A stretch of 63,442 bases of DNA, the filler included, from Malassezia furfur (taxonomy: Eukaryota), in NCBI GenBank assembly GCA_052055015.1. It is 18 parts of 18 records of this genome, joined end to end, with 100 filler letters (N's around TTAATTAATTAA, not from the genome) between each part and the next. Parts side by side here need not be neighbours in the genome. Positions count along the whole stretch, not along the records: positions 46,178 to 49,554 come from JBQJIT010000776.1; positions 49,655 to 53,029 come from JBQJIT010000777.1; positions 53,130 to 56,502 come from JBQJIT010000778.1; positions 56,603 to 59,975 come from JBQJIT010000779.1; 14 more parts are not named here. One strand, written 5' to 3'. The notes below the pieces were generated by a model. The model ran no database searches. It saw nothing but the letters and a program-made list of their open reading frames with translations, and was not told the DNA's origin. Position 1 is the first letter of the stretch. Each line of letters starts with the position of its first letter. Positions 46,179 through 57,416 of this stretch are shown here, piece after piece. Both the position numbers and the translations under genes were made by a program.

Positions 46179-49100
46179 ATGTCGTGGCTCAAAAAGGTCG
46201 GCAAGGCCAAGGGCGGGCACGCCGAGCCCGCGGCGCCGCTTGCGCCGCTCAATGCGCGCCTGCGCGACTGGGCTGGCGAGCTGCGTGACGAGACCAAGTT
46301 CGCCGAGGGCTTCCTCGACCAGCTGACACTGCCTGGCCAAGTGTCGGCGCTCGCGTACGAGCCCGGCATCGGCCTGCTCGCGGTCGGTAGGTAACGCGGC
46401 ACTGTACTGACACCAGGCACCTCGGCAGGCACCGTGCACATTTACGGCGCGCCGCCCGTGCGTGTGTCGATCACGCTGCGACCCGCTTTGCGTGTCAAGC
46501 ATCTCGTGTTCAAGTCAGACACCTACCTGCTCGTGTGCATCGACGAGAAGGACAACCTGAGCGTGTACGACCTGTCGCGGCAGGACCCACACGCCGCGAC
46601 GCTGCGCGGCAGTGGGCGCCGTGCGCCGCCGACGGCGAGCAGCGCGGGTGCGAACCCGACGCAGATCGCCGACGCGCCGCTGCGCACGGCGACCCACTGC
46701 GCGCGCAACGCCGTGCTGTGTGTCGAGGTCACCGCCGAGCACAGCCACCTGTTCCTCGGCCTCGCGGACGGCACCGTGGATGCGTACGACCTCGAGCGGT
46801 GTGCGCCTGCTCCGTACCGCATCCCGAACCTGTGGTGGAACGAGGAAGAGGCGATGCGGCGCACCAACGAGCCGGGCGCGCCGAGCCGCTTGCACGTCCC
46901 GCTGATCATCGACATCAAGACGCACCCGCGCGACCTGAACCTGCTGCTGCTGTGCTACGAGGGCGGCGCGGTGCTCTACTCGGTGCGCGACAAGGCGGCG
47001 GTGCGTGCGTTCCGCCTGCGCCTGCTGCCCGGCGCGCCGGGTCCGCAGCCCGACGCGCCGATGGAGGAGATTTGGAGCGAGCGCGCGTGTCCTGCGACGG
47101 CAATCGCGTGGGGGCCCGACGGCGAGCAGTTTGCCATGGGCCACGAGAACGGGTGCGTGTCGTTCTGGTCGATCAAGGACGAGGACAAGCCGCTGCAGGT
47201 GCGCACGCTCGACGAGGTCGACGTCGACCGCCCGACGGCACCCGAGGAGCTTGCGCAGCGGCGCTCGGCGGGCGCGCGCGAGCCCATCTTCAAGCTCGCC
47301 TGGTCGGCATTCCCCGGCCCGGGCTGGTACGAGTCGGCCGCGTCCGTGCTGGGCAGCGGCAGCAGCAGCAGCAGCAACGCCGCGTCCGACGCCGCACAGG
47401 CGCACGTCAACGAAACCGGCACGCAGGGCACCGTGCTCACCGTGATGGGCGGCACGCCCGTGCGCCAGAACTCGGCGTGCCTGCACACCTTCCACCTGCC
47501 GCCCGCGGCGCCGAGCGCACTGTGGACGAGCACCACGCCCGAGGCGCAGTACAAGGCACGCCGCGCGCAGCAGGAGGCGCTCGTCCCCCGCCACATGTGC
47601 GTGTACCGCACGAGCGCGACGGTCGAGGACTTTGTGCTGCTGCCGCGGCTCAGTCCGTTCTACAACGGCACGTACGACCCGTACGCCATCCTCGTGCTCG
47701 TCGGCCCCGACGAGTCGCTGCCGTCGCTGGCGGCCCAGACGACGCACCGCGGCCTCGAGACGTACTCGTTCCCGCCCAAGCCCCAGAGCACCGCGCCGTA
47801 CGTGCGCCTGACGCTGCCGCTGCCGCTGCAGTGTGTCGGCCGCGGCGCGGTGCTGGGCGCCAAGACGTACTCGGTGCCGCTCGCGACCTACCGGCGCCTC
47901 GTGCAGGACGCACACGCGCCGCCCAAGGGCTCGATCCACCCGGACGTCGCAATGGGCGGCTTTGCGACGCCGCACCTCACGGGCGGCGCCACGCGCGCGC
48001 ATGCGCCCGCGATCGCACGCAACGGCCAGCCGCGTATGCTCGTCACCTGGCACCTGGACGGCAGCGTGCGCGTGCACGACGCGTCGCCGCACCTGCTGCT
48101 GCTCGGCGTGGACGAGGCGCGGCGCGGCACGGTGCTTGAGCGCCCCTTCCCCGCGCCGCTGCCGCACCTCGCGACGAACGTGCGCGACGTCGTGCTGCAC
48201 CCGTCGGCGATCGGTGCGCCCGCGCTCGAGCCGCTGCAGCGCTTCCCGATGCGCATGCAGGTCGCCGACGTCGTCCCGGCCTGGGACGCCGCCGAGCTCG
48301 CGGTGCGCCTCACCACCGGCCACGTGCTACATCTGGCGTACGCGCCGGCGGCGCTCGTGGGCGACGCGAGCGCCGCCGTCGCCGATGCGCTGCACGGCCT
48401 TGCGCTGCACGACACGCCGAGCGCCAACAGTGCGCCGCTGCCCGAGTTTACGCCGCTCGAGGCGACGGCACAGGCGCACGTGCCCGGCTTCAAACGTACG
48501 TCCCTGACTGACTGACCCAGCGCACGCCATGCTCCATCTGCTCCCCATGCCGCCAACGTGCATGGCACTGAGCGACACGGGCCTGTGCGCCGTGGCGTCC
48601 GGCGGCCTGCTCGCTGTGGCCGACGCGCGCTCGCAGGAGATGGTCGTCCGCGCCGGGTTTGGTGCGCACGACTTCTTCTCGCGCCAGATCGGCGACCGCG
48701 AGGCGCGCATCGTTGCGGCCGAGGCGCACGGCGAGATCGCCGCGCTCACGTTTGCCGTGTGCCGCATCGCCGAGGACCGCATGCTTGCGCCGCGCCTCAT
48801 CGTCGTGCGCACCAGCGGCTACGTGACGGTGTGGACGTTTGAGCAGGGCAGCCTCGGCGACTGGTTCGGCTTCCGCTCCGCGGGCGTCCAGCTCGATGTA
48901 AAGGGGCCCGTGCTCACCGCCACGGTCCTCGACCCGTCCGGCCAGCCCGCGCGGTGCACCGCCGACGAGGTGCAGCGCGCGCGCATCGAGCAGGAGTCGC
49001 CGGACGGCGGCATGGCGTCGAGTGCACACCACTTCCACCTGCTCCTCGTCGTCACCGAGCGGTGCGCGACGATGCGCGATCAGATCACCGGCCCGCGCAT

Positions 49101-49554
49101 CGGCCACGCCGACCTCCCGGACAAGGCGGACGGCGCACAGGTCGTCTCGCGCCCGCACGGCCGCGTGCTGCTCACCGTGTCGCCGAGCAGCATCACAGCG
49201 CTGACGCTCCCGCGCCTCGACACGGCGCACCGCATCCAGCGCCACGTCCCGCCGTCGCTCGAGGTGGTCGCTGCGCCGCCCAAGGTCAGCATCGAGGCGC
49301 AGGGCGACTTCGCCGAGCTCTCCGACGGGCAGCAGCTCCGCATCTGGACCGCGTTTGCGACACAGCCGCACGGCGAGATGCCCAACATGTGCCTCTTTAC
49401 GCCGCGCCCGCTCCCGTACGCGCCGGGCGTCGGCGCGGGGGGGTACATTGCGAGTCTCGGGCAGTGGCTCGGCACCGCCGCCGTCTCGACGCTCTCGCCC
49501 GGCGCTGCTGGTACACGGTGCGGCGGTGCGACACCTCCTCGGGGCATCCGTCGG
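46179..49554 (+). CDS. SRO7: Lgl/tomosyn-family WD40 exocytosis regulator Sro7/Sro77-like, 3' truncated; introns 46387-46416 and 48496-48520
   Basis: ALAYEPGIGLLAVGTSAGTVHIYG, SHLFLGLADGTV, FAMGHENGCVSFW, REPIFKLAW and LVTWHLDGSVRVHD. Confidence 0.85.
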
Positions 49555-49877
49555 NNNNNNNNNNNNNNNNNNNNNNNNNNNNNNNNNNNNNNNNNNNNTT
49601 AATTAATTAANNNNNNNNNNNNNNNNNNNNNNNNNNNNNNNNNNNNNNNNNNNNGTGTGCGTCCGCCGGTCGATGATGCGCTGGACGCGCCGGCGCCGGC
49701 GACCTCGGCCGCGCCGCGCGACGCCGACGGCCCATCTGTCTCGCTGGACTACGGCCCACCCGAGCCCGTGCAGGCGCCGGCGCACGACTCCGTGCTGCAC
49801 CGCCTGCGCTCGCTGCAAGCCGCCGTGTTCGGCCACCGTAGCACGTGATCCACCAAAAAAAGTTGCGTTGCACCGCG

Positions 49878-50563
49878 ATGGCGAATCCGAGGCAGCGGCG
49901 CAAGTCGCGCTCGTCCAAGTACTCGGGCGCGACCAAGAGCGCCAAGCGCGCGCAGAACAAGCGCATCCACCGTGCGCCGACGGTCATGGGACCCGATGTG
50001 CTGCGCGAGAACTGGGATAAGACGCTGACGACGCGGCAAAACTATGCCAAGCTCGGCCTCGCGCCCTCGCTCGGGCTCCCGACCGGCGGCCTGGACCGCA
50101 AGGACCCGTACCGGCACGCCGAGGCGCCCGCGAAGCCGAGCAAGCAGCCGCGCAAGGGCATGGCGCGCATCGTGCGCGACGAGAACGGCGAGGTGGTCGA
50201 CATTGTCGAGGGCGACGAAGAGCACACCGAGACGACGCCGTGGGGCGCGGTGCTGAACGACGACGAAGACGAGCCCGCGGACCTGACCATGTTCCCGCCC
50301 AAGCTTCACGAGGAGGAGGGCGAGACGGTGCGTGCGCTGTCGGAGCTGGCCAAGGAGGCCAAGCCCGTGGAGCGCTATGTGTCGCACGGCGAGGCGTCGT
50401 GGCTCGTGGACCTTGTGCGTGCGCACGGCGAAGACGTGGACGCCATGGCGCGCGACCGTGTGCGGAATATCCAGCAGCGCACCCCCGGCGAGATCCGGCG
50501 CGCGTACGTATGCATCACTCACGCAGCATCCGCAAGGCCGGTGGGTTTGCGGCGTTTTTGTAG
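49878..50563 (+). CDS. NOP16: Nucleolar protein Nop16; 23-nt intron 50504-50526
   Basis: MANPRQRRK, NWDKTLTTRQNYAKLGL and HGEDVDAMARDRVRN.QQRTPGEIRRAI. Confidence 0.92.
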
Positions 50564-50606
50564 AGTAGAGCTGGTGTGGAGGCCCTCCACCCCGACGATC
50601 GCGACG

Positions 50607-53029
50607 ATGGGCAACGCCCTGTCCGGCACGAGCAACCGGCTTGGCGGGGCCGGCGAGCTCATGCTGGATAGCCAGTTGCAGTATGAGAGTAGTATGGGTT
50701 CGTCCCGATTCCTGCGTGCGACGCGCGTGCGGCACCCGCTCGGCCCGCTGGTCGTCAAGACGTTTATCAAGCCGGACGCGTCGATGCGCCTGCGGCGCTT
50801 TGTGCGCCGCCTGAAGCGTACGTGTGCGCGCTGACGCAGTGGAGCGCGAGGCGCTGAGCGACGTGCCCAACGTGCTCACGTACCAGGAGGTGATCGAGAC
50901 CGAGGAGGCCGGCTACCTCGTGCGCCAGTGGCTCATGTGCAGCCTGTACGACCGCATCAGGTACGTTGGCCCACCGCGCTGACGCAGCACGCGCCCCTTT
51001 CTCGCGCCGTCCGAGAAGCTGTGGATCAGTTACCAGCTGCTGTATGCCATGACCGCGTCGTCGGAGCGCCACGTCGCGCACGGCGACCTTAAGTGCGAGA
51101 ATGTGCTGGTCACTTCGTCGCTCTCTGTGTACATTACCGACTTTGCCTCGTCGTTCAAGCCGACCTACCTCCCGCTCGACGACCCGGCCGACTTTTCGCT
51201 CTTTTTCGATACCGCGCGCCGGCGGACGTGCTATGTGGCGCCCGAGCGCTTCTACGACTCGCTCAGCGAGCTCACCGACCGCGTGCAGCAGCTCGACGTG
51301 CCCGGCCTGCACGCGGACGACGTCGAGAACGTCTCGGAGCTGCTCACGCGCGAGCCGTACCTCGAGACGCTCGGGCTTGGGCGCCCGAGCGGGTGCGTCA
51401 CGGAAAAGATGGACGTCTTTTCCCTTGGCTGCGTGCTTGCGGAGGTGTGGCGCGACGGCGCTCCGCTCTTTACCCTGTCGCAGCTCTTCCGCTACCGCGA
51501 CGGGCAGTACGACGTCGGCGCACTGCTCGGCGAGATCCCGCACGACGGCATCCGCGGCGTCATCGCGCGCATGGTGCACGTCGACCCTACGGAGCGGCCG
51601 ACGTTTGCCGAGCTGCTGGCGGACGCCAGTGCGTCCGTCTTCCCGCCGGCCTATGCGGCGTTCCTGCACGCCTACCTCGTGGAGCTGCAGCGCCCGTCGC
51701 ACGGCACACCCTCGCCGGGCGACGCGGACGTCGAGACGCGTAAGCTGCGCCTCGCACGCGCGCTCGAGCCCGACGAGCGCATCGAGCAGCTGTACGAGGA
51801 CTGGGCGCTACTCGTCCCGTCGCTCGGCGCGATGGGCGAGCCCGTAGACGGCGCACCGCTCGCGCTCGGTGTCTGCCTGCCGCACGTCGCGCTCCCCGAG
51901 CCCGCGCCGCGCCGCGCGCGCGCGCCTGCGGACACCGAGGCGCTCATTGTGCTTTCGGTGCTGCTTGCCAACGTGCGCAACTGCCGGCGCGCCACGGCAC
52001 GGTGCCATGCGATCGAAATGGTCGTGCACCTCGCGTACGGCTGGTTGACGGACGAGGCGTGCCTCGACCGTGTCGTGCCGTACCTCGTGCGCCTGCTCGA
52101 CGACGCGCACGCGCTGTGCCGTGCGTCTGCGCTGCATGCGCTCGTGGCCGTGCTCGAGTGCGTCGCGACGACGACGCGCGGCAACATCGGCCTGTTCCCC
52201 GAGTACGTCTGGCCGCACGTGCAGCGCCTGACGCACGACACGAGCGTCGCTGTGCGCACGGCGTACGCGGCGCACCTCGCGCGCCTCGTGCAGTGCGCCG
52301 CGCGCTTTGTGCACTACGAGCACGCCGAGCGCGACGAGCCGACGGGCGCCGACACGTACGATGCCCAGATGGAGCGCCTGCGCCTCACCGCGCAGGAGCA
52401 GACGCTCCTCCTGCTCACCGACGCGTCCGCGGACGTGCGCCGCGCGCTGCTCGCCGACCTCGGGCAGCTGGGCGTGCTCCTCGGCGCGGCGCGCGTCGAG
52501 TCGTCGCTGCTGGGCCACCTGTTGACCTACTTCAACGACCCCGACTGGGCGCTGCGCAACGCCTTTTTCCGCGCGCTCGAGCAGCTTGTGCCGCTGCTCG
52601 GCGCACACACGATCGAGCACGCCGTGCAGCCGCTGCTGGTCCAGGCGCTTGGCGACGCGGAAGAGTGGGTCGTAGTCGATGCGCTGCGCAGTTTCCGCAG
52701 CCTGCAGCGCGCGGGCCTCTTTCGCGACGCGGCGCGCGACGACCTGCTCCGCCGCGCCGCGGGCCTGCTGTGCCACCCCAACGCGGCGATCCGCACGGCC
52801 GCTGCCGGTGCGTTTGCCGAGGCGGCCGCGCACGCCTCGCCCACCGACGCATGGACGCGCGTGTACCTCTTGCTGCGCCCCCGCCTACGTAGCGACGTTG
52901 TGGCGCTCGACGAGGCGTCGATTACGCGCGCGCTCGTTGCGCCGCTCCCGCGCGCGGTGCTCGCCGCGGCCGTCGCCGCCAAGGCGCACGGCCACGGCGT
53001 GTTTCTCGCGTACTGGCAGCGCCGCGCGG
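50607..53029 (+). CDS. VPS15: Vps15 kinase-like PI3K regulatory subunit, 3' truncated; introns 50818-50839 and 50961-50987
   Basis: MGN myristoylation start, MGSSRFL, LYDRISTRPFL, HGDLKCEN, TDFASSFKPTYLP.DDP.DF..FFDT and HEAT repeats. Confidence 0.95.
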
Positions 53030-53276
53030 NNNNNNNNNNNNNNNNNNNNNNNNNNNNNNNNNNNNNNNNNNNNTTAATTAATTAANNNNNNNNNNNNNNN
53101 NNNNNNNNNNNNNNNNNNNNNNNNNNNNNGCCGCGCCGCTGCTGTCCTCAAGCTCGGCGCGCCCGTCCCCGTACGCATCTGGACGCACGTCGCCAGCGCC
53201 GACGTCGAGCTCGGCCACGAGCCGCACGTCGTGGCACTCGGCGCACGACACATGAGATACCCCGTCGCGCTACGGG

Positions 53277-53996
53277 CTAGAATCCCGACGGTCTATGTAT
53301 AGCCGCGAGAAGCTCGTCGGTCGTTTCGTACATCTGCACGCCGTACGCGCGCATCTTCTCGCGCGCGTCCTGCGTGGTTTTGGGATCGACGCCGCGCATG
53401 CAGTCGTCCACGACATATACACGCAGCCCAAACTTGGCCGCATCCACCGCCGTCGATAGCACACAGTAGTCGGTCGCGAGGCCCACCACCACGACGGTGC
53501 GGATCGGATGCGGCTGTGCGCTGAACAGCACGCTGATCAGCTCCGTGAACATGATGTATTCGTTCGACGCAAATGCCGAGTAGCTGTCAAAGTTGGGGTC
53601 TTGCCCCTTTTGCACGTAGCGCACCGGCGTGCCCCACGCCTTGCGCTCGTCGAGCGCCGCCGTGATGGTATCGTCGATCTCGGCGCCCTGTGTGCCTTGT
53701 ACGCAGTGCACCGGCCACATCATCTGCGACACGGTCGACTTGCTCTCCCAGAAGGGGTGCGGCACATCGTGCATCTGGAACGGCGCGACGCCATGCCGCT
53801 CAGCAAACGAGATATGGTTCGGCGGGTGGAAGTCTTGCGTCGCGACCACCAGGTCCCAGTCGCCCTCCTTGATGATGCGCACCAGGTTCGGCAGGATGCC
53901 GCGGGCTTCGGGCACCGCCAGCGACCCGTCCAAAAAGTCGTACTGCACGTCCACCACAAGCAGCGCGATCCCCCCCTCGGGCACGGACGACGGCAT
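53277..53996 (-). CDS. PNC1: Nicotinamidase/pyrazinamidase
   Basis: VVDVQYDF..GSLAV, TQDFHP.NH.SF, WPVHCVQ, KG, DSYSAF and VGLATDYCV. Confidence 0.94.
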   Translation of the reverse strand: MPSSVPEGGIALLVVDVQYDFLDGSLAVPEARGILPNLVRIIKEGDWDLVVATQDFHPPNHISFAERHGVAPFQMHDVPHPFWESKSTVSQMMWPVHCVQGTQGAEIDDTITAALDERKAWGTPVRYVQKGQDPNFDSYSAFASNEYIMFTELISVLFSAQPHPIRTVVVVGLATDYCVLSTAVDAAKFGLRVYVVDDCMRGVDPKTTQDAREKMRAYGVQMYETTDELLAAIHRPSGF

Positions 53997-54133
53997 CGTG
54001 CAGCAAACCGCACACACAAGGTACCGATGCGGGAATTAAGCCCTGGTGTGCCTGGCCGCGCGCCGATCGTACGGTTTGGGCACGCGCCAAGCCAGTCTTG
54101 TTTCCAGCACGTGCTTGGTGCATCTCGGCGCAG

Positions 54134-54150
54134 AAAAAAAAAAAAAAAAA
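54134..54150 (-). terminator. RNA polymerase III terminator (T17)
   Basis: 17 T residues on the minus strand immediately after the tRNA 3' end. Confidence 0.85.
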
Positions 54151-54258
54151 CGACGAGAACAGGATTCGAACCTGTGCGGTCAGAGACCAAACGCTGGCCA
54201 CCGAATCGGTGTAGAAACAAGTTCTAGGCGTTCCCGATAACCACTCCGGCACCTCGTC
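54151..54258 (-). tRNA. tRNA-Ser(AGA) with a 26-nt intron
   Basis: Acceptor stem GACGAGG/TCTCGTC plus discriminator G. D-arm CCGGAGTGGTTATCGG. Anticodon stem AACGC/GCGTT with loop CT-AGA-A, then the intron. Long variable arm GGTC-TCT-GACC. T-arm ACAGG-TTCGAAT-CCTGT. Confidence 0.92.
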
Positions 54259-54459
54259 GACGCCTAGGGAGGAGCGTGGCGTCCGCGGTATATGGGCGGC
54301 AGGCGGCCTGGATCGGGCCCGCGCACGCGAGAGTGGAGGCGCATGGCGCACGAGGGCCGTCCGTTTCGCAACGGCCCACGAGTGTTGGGATCCGCGACGA
54401 TCCTGCACTTGCATCGCCCCAGCAGCCGCCCGCTGCTGTCGGCACGTGCCTTGCTTTGC

Positions 54460-55920
54460 ATGCGTGCATCTTGTTGCGCTCCTGCGCATGCGCTCGCGGC
54501 GTCCTCCGCGTCGTGTGCATCTGCCCGGCGCGCGACGGCGCCGCGGCGCATGTGGCCCGTGTGCACACGCCTTGCGCGTGCGATACCCCCCCGGCGCCTG
54601 TACTATAGCAGCGATGCGGGTGTCCCGAGCACCCCCTATGTGTTCCACTCGGCCGCGTACGGGATCCCGAAGCACCGCGTGAAGAAGACGCCGCAGACGC
54701 GCGGGAAGAGCCAGAGCATGTTTGGCCCGATTGCCGACTTTCTGATCGGCGGCGGCGAGGCGAGTCGTGCGCCGCCGCCGCCGCCCGAGGAGGAGGAGGA
54801 GGCGGTGCTTCCGAGCGAGGTCGACTACCTGCGCGGCAAAGGGCTGCACTCGGCGATCCGCGACAAGGGCCGCATTGTACATACTCGGCTGCAGAGTCAG
54901 CAGGTCGGCGAGGACGCGTATTTTCTGAAAAGCGACGCGCTCGGCATCGCGGACGGCGTCGGCGGGTGGGCGTCGAGCAAGCGCGCGGACCCTGCGCTGT
55001 TTTCGCGGCTGCTGATGCACTTTTGCTATGCGGAGCTGAGCCAGCTGGACGCGGCGTGTGCAAAGCAGAGCGAGGCGCCCGACGCGGCCGGCGAGGCGGG
55101 CGCCGACGACGACGACGCGGTGGCGCGGTGGAACAACGTGGACCCCGTGATGGTGCTGCAGACCGCGTGGGAGCGGTGTGTGCGGGCGTCGAAGCGCGAG
55201 GGGATCATGGGCAGCTCGACGGCGCTGCTGGCGATGCTGCGTGGGAACGAGCTGCGCATCGCGAACCTGGGCGACTGTGTGCTGATGCTCATCCGGCAGA
55301 ACGAGATGATTTTCCGGAGCGCGGAGCAGCAGCACTCGTTCAACTTCCCGCTGCAGCTCGGGATGATGGATGCGACGGTGGAGAGTGTGAGTCTGGCGTC
55401 GGCGCTGTGCCAGCACCGCGACGGGAACATCCCCGACGGCGCGCTGGACGACGAGCTGCCCGACGTGAACGAGCGGCTGAACCACGTGCTGCACTCGTTC
55501 GACGGCAAGAGCGACAAGACCGAGTGGGACTCGCCCGTGGAGGACGCGGGGTATTGGGCGCTGCACGTGCAGGACGGCGACATTGTGATCATGGCGAGCG
55601 ACGGGCTGCTCGACAACCTGTTTGATGAGGACATTGTCGAGCGGGTCGAGGAGATCGTGAACCACTTCGAGGCAAAGTCGGACAACGAGCCGGAGAGCAA
55701 GGTGGACCTGCCGTACATGATCTCCGAGTCGCTGTGCCGCATGGCGAAGGCCGCGAGCGAGGATCCGCGCCTGCTCACGAGCCCGTTCCAGCAGCAGGCG
55801 AACGAGGAGGGCATCTACTACGTCGGCGGAAAGAACGACGACATCACCGTGCTCACGGCGACCATCGCGCTCCACGAGCCGCTCGAGCCCGCGGGGTGGG
55901 CGCGCGCGCTCCCCGACTAG
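54460..55920 (+). CDS. PTC7: PP2C-family phosphatase Ptc7-like (start codon uncertain)
   Basis: VGEDAYF, GIADGVGGW, GSSTA, ANLGDC, EQQHSFNFPLQLG, ASDGLLDNLF and GGKNDDITV. The N-terminus looks like a presequence. Confidence 0.9.
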   Translation: MRASCCAPAHALAASSASCASARRATAPRRMWPVCTRLARAIPPRRLYYSSDAGVPSTPYVFHSAAYGIPKHRVKKTPQTRGKSQSMFGPIADFLIGGGEASRAPPPPPEEEEEAVLPSEVDYLRGKGLHSAIRDKGRIVHTRLQSQQVGEDAYFLKSDALGIADGVGGWASSKRADPALFSRLLMHFCYAELSQLDAACAKQSEAPDAAGEAGADDDDAVARWNNVDPVMVLQTAWERCVRASKREGIMGSSTALLAMLRGNELRIANLGDCVLMLIRQNEMIFRSAEQQHSFNFPLQLGMMDATVESVSLASALCQHRDGNIPDGALDDELPDVNERLNHVLHSFDGKSDKTEWDSPVEDAGYWALHVQDGDIVIMASDGLLDNLFDEDIVERVEEIVNHFEAKSDNEPESKVDLPYMISESLCRMAKAASEDPRLLTSPFQQQANEEGIYYVGGKNDDITVLTATIALHEPLEPAGWARALPD

Positions 55921-55998
55921 CGCCCGATCGCCCGATCGTAGACTTGGACCTAGCAGGCCCCGATACCATTTTTTCTGCCGCGGACGCTCCACGGTGCG

Positions 55999-56502
55999 AT
56001 GGGCAGTGAGCGCGCGGGGGGCACGGCGTCGAGCAGCCGTGTGACGCTCGAGTCGCTGCGCAAGGCGCGCGCGGCGGAATGGAATGCCGAGATTGCGTAC
56101 GTGCACCCGCTGACGCAGCCAACTCACGGCGTCGCGCCGCGCCGACATACACCGCCTGTACTACATGCTGCAGACCGCCGAGCAGCACGCCGACGACGCC
56201 GCGCGGCCGCCCGGCGCGCTGCCGGGCGACGCGGATGCCGCGCTCGATAAGGTCGTGCTCGAGGGAGAGAGGTACGTCGGCCGCCGCACTCACGCAGTGC
56301 CGCCGCGCTCCAGAAGCGCGTCGACGACGCCGTCCAGGCGCTCCAGAAGCGGGCGCACGAGGTGCTCGAGGGCGCGCCCGAGGCCAAGGACGACGCGTCC
56401 CACGCGCCCAATGACACACAGACACACGCGCCGAAAGACGCGCCGAACGACGCACCCAGCGCGCCGCCCGCCGAAGCGCCGCCCGCCGAGCCTGCCCGGC
56501 CG
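55999..56502 (+). CDS. Uncharacterised protein, N-terminal fragment; introns 56097-56118 and 56272-56297
   Basis: Two canonical short introns join three open frames: MGSERAGG...EIAQLTASRRADIHRLYYMLQ...AALQKRVDDAVQ. Confidence 0.55.
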
Positions 56503-56602
56503 NNNNNNNNNNNNNNNNNNNNNNNNNNNNNNNNNNNNNNNNNNNNTTAATTAATTAANNNNNNNNNNNNNNNNNNNNNNNNNNNNNNNNNNNNNNNNNN
56601 NN

Positions 56603-57349
56603 AGTGTGTGCAGCGCACGCAGCGCATTGGGCGGCGGCGTGCTCAAAGTGCAGAGGCCATTGGCCGCGAGTTCGAGGGTGCCGAGGCGCGGCAGTCCGGT
56701 GCTCAGCGCACATACGTCTGCCCACGATGTCTGCGCGGCGTTCAAGGCTAGGTGCGTGAGGTGCGGCCATATGGGTGGTTCTGTAGGTGCGGCGAGGCGG
56801 GTATGGCTGGGTGAGCGACACACGTACGACAAAATGAGGGTGTCTAAGCGCGGCACGCCGGCGGCCAAGTTGTGTAGCGCGTTCCACGATGGTAGGAGCG
56901 CGTAGGAGAGGTCGATGGCAGAGACATGGGCGCATGCACGGTGAATGGCATCCACGTCGTCGATTGACGCGATATACACACTGGATGCATCTGGCACGGC
57001 GGGTGGCGGAGCGCCGCCGGTGAGAGAGAGCCAGGTGCGGACGTGGCCCTCGTACTTTTCGTGGAGCGCGTGGAGGAACGTGGTACCCCACTGGATGGGT
57101 GCGGAGGCGCGCACAAAGCCCGCATGAAGCGGCTCGCTGCGGCGTCAGCGGCGATGTAGGTGTGCCGACGTACGTGGTAAAGTAGCGCGTGCCGTCGGGA
57201 CCGACGCCGTCGTGTTTCCCGCGCCGCGCGCGGTCCCATGCGACGCCGATCCACACGCCAGGCTCAGGCGGGAGTGGCCCGACATAGCGCACCGTGCCGT
57301 ACTCGCCGCGGTACACGAGGCGTGCACCGATGCGTGCGCTCGAGTCCAT
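56603..57349 (-). CDS. PAC2: Tubulin-folding cofactor E (CAP-Gly + LRR), 3' truncated; introns 57137-57173 and probably 56807-56827
   Basis: GTVRYVG...WIGVAWD..RGKHDG, FLHALHEKY, and LRRs (IDLSYALL, LELAANGL). Confidence 0.9.
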
Positions 57350-57416
57350 GAGCGTGCGTGCCCTGACGCGGGGGTTGACTCAATGTGGAGGGAACACTGG
57401 TAGCATAACGAGTGAC

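Noticed and set aside
54151..54258. Reading the tRNA as Leu(TAG) or as a suppressor
   Set aside because: The AACGC/GCGTT stem places AGA at positions 34-36, and discriminator G fits Ser.
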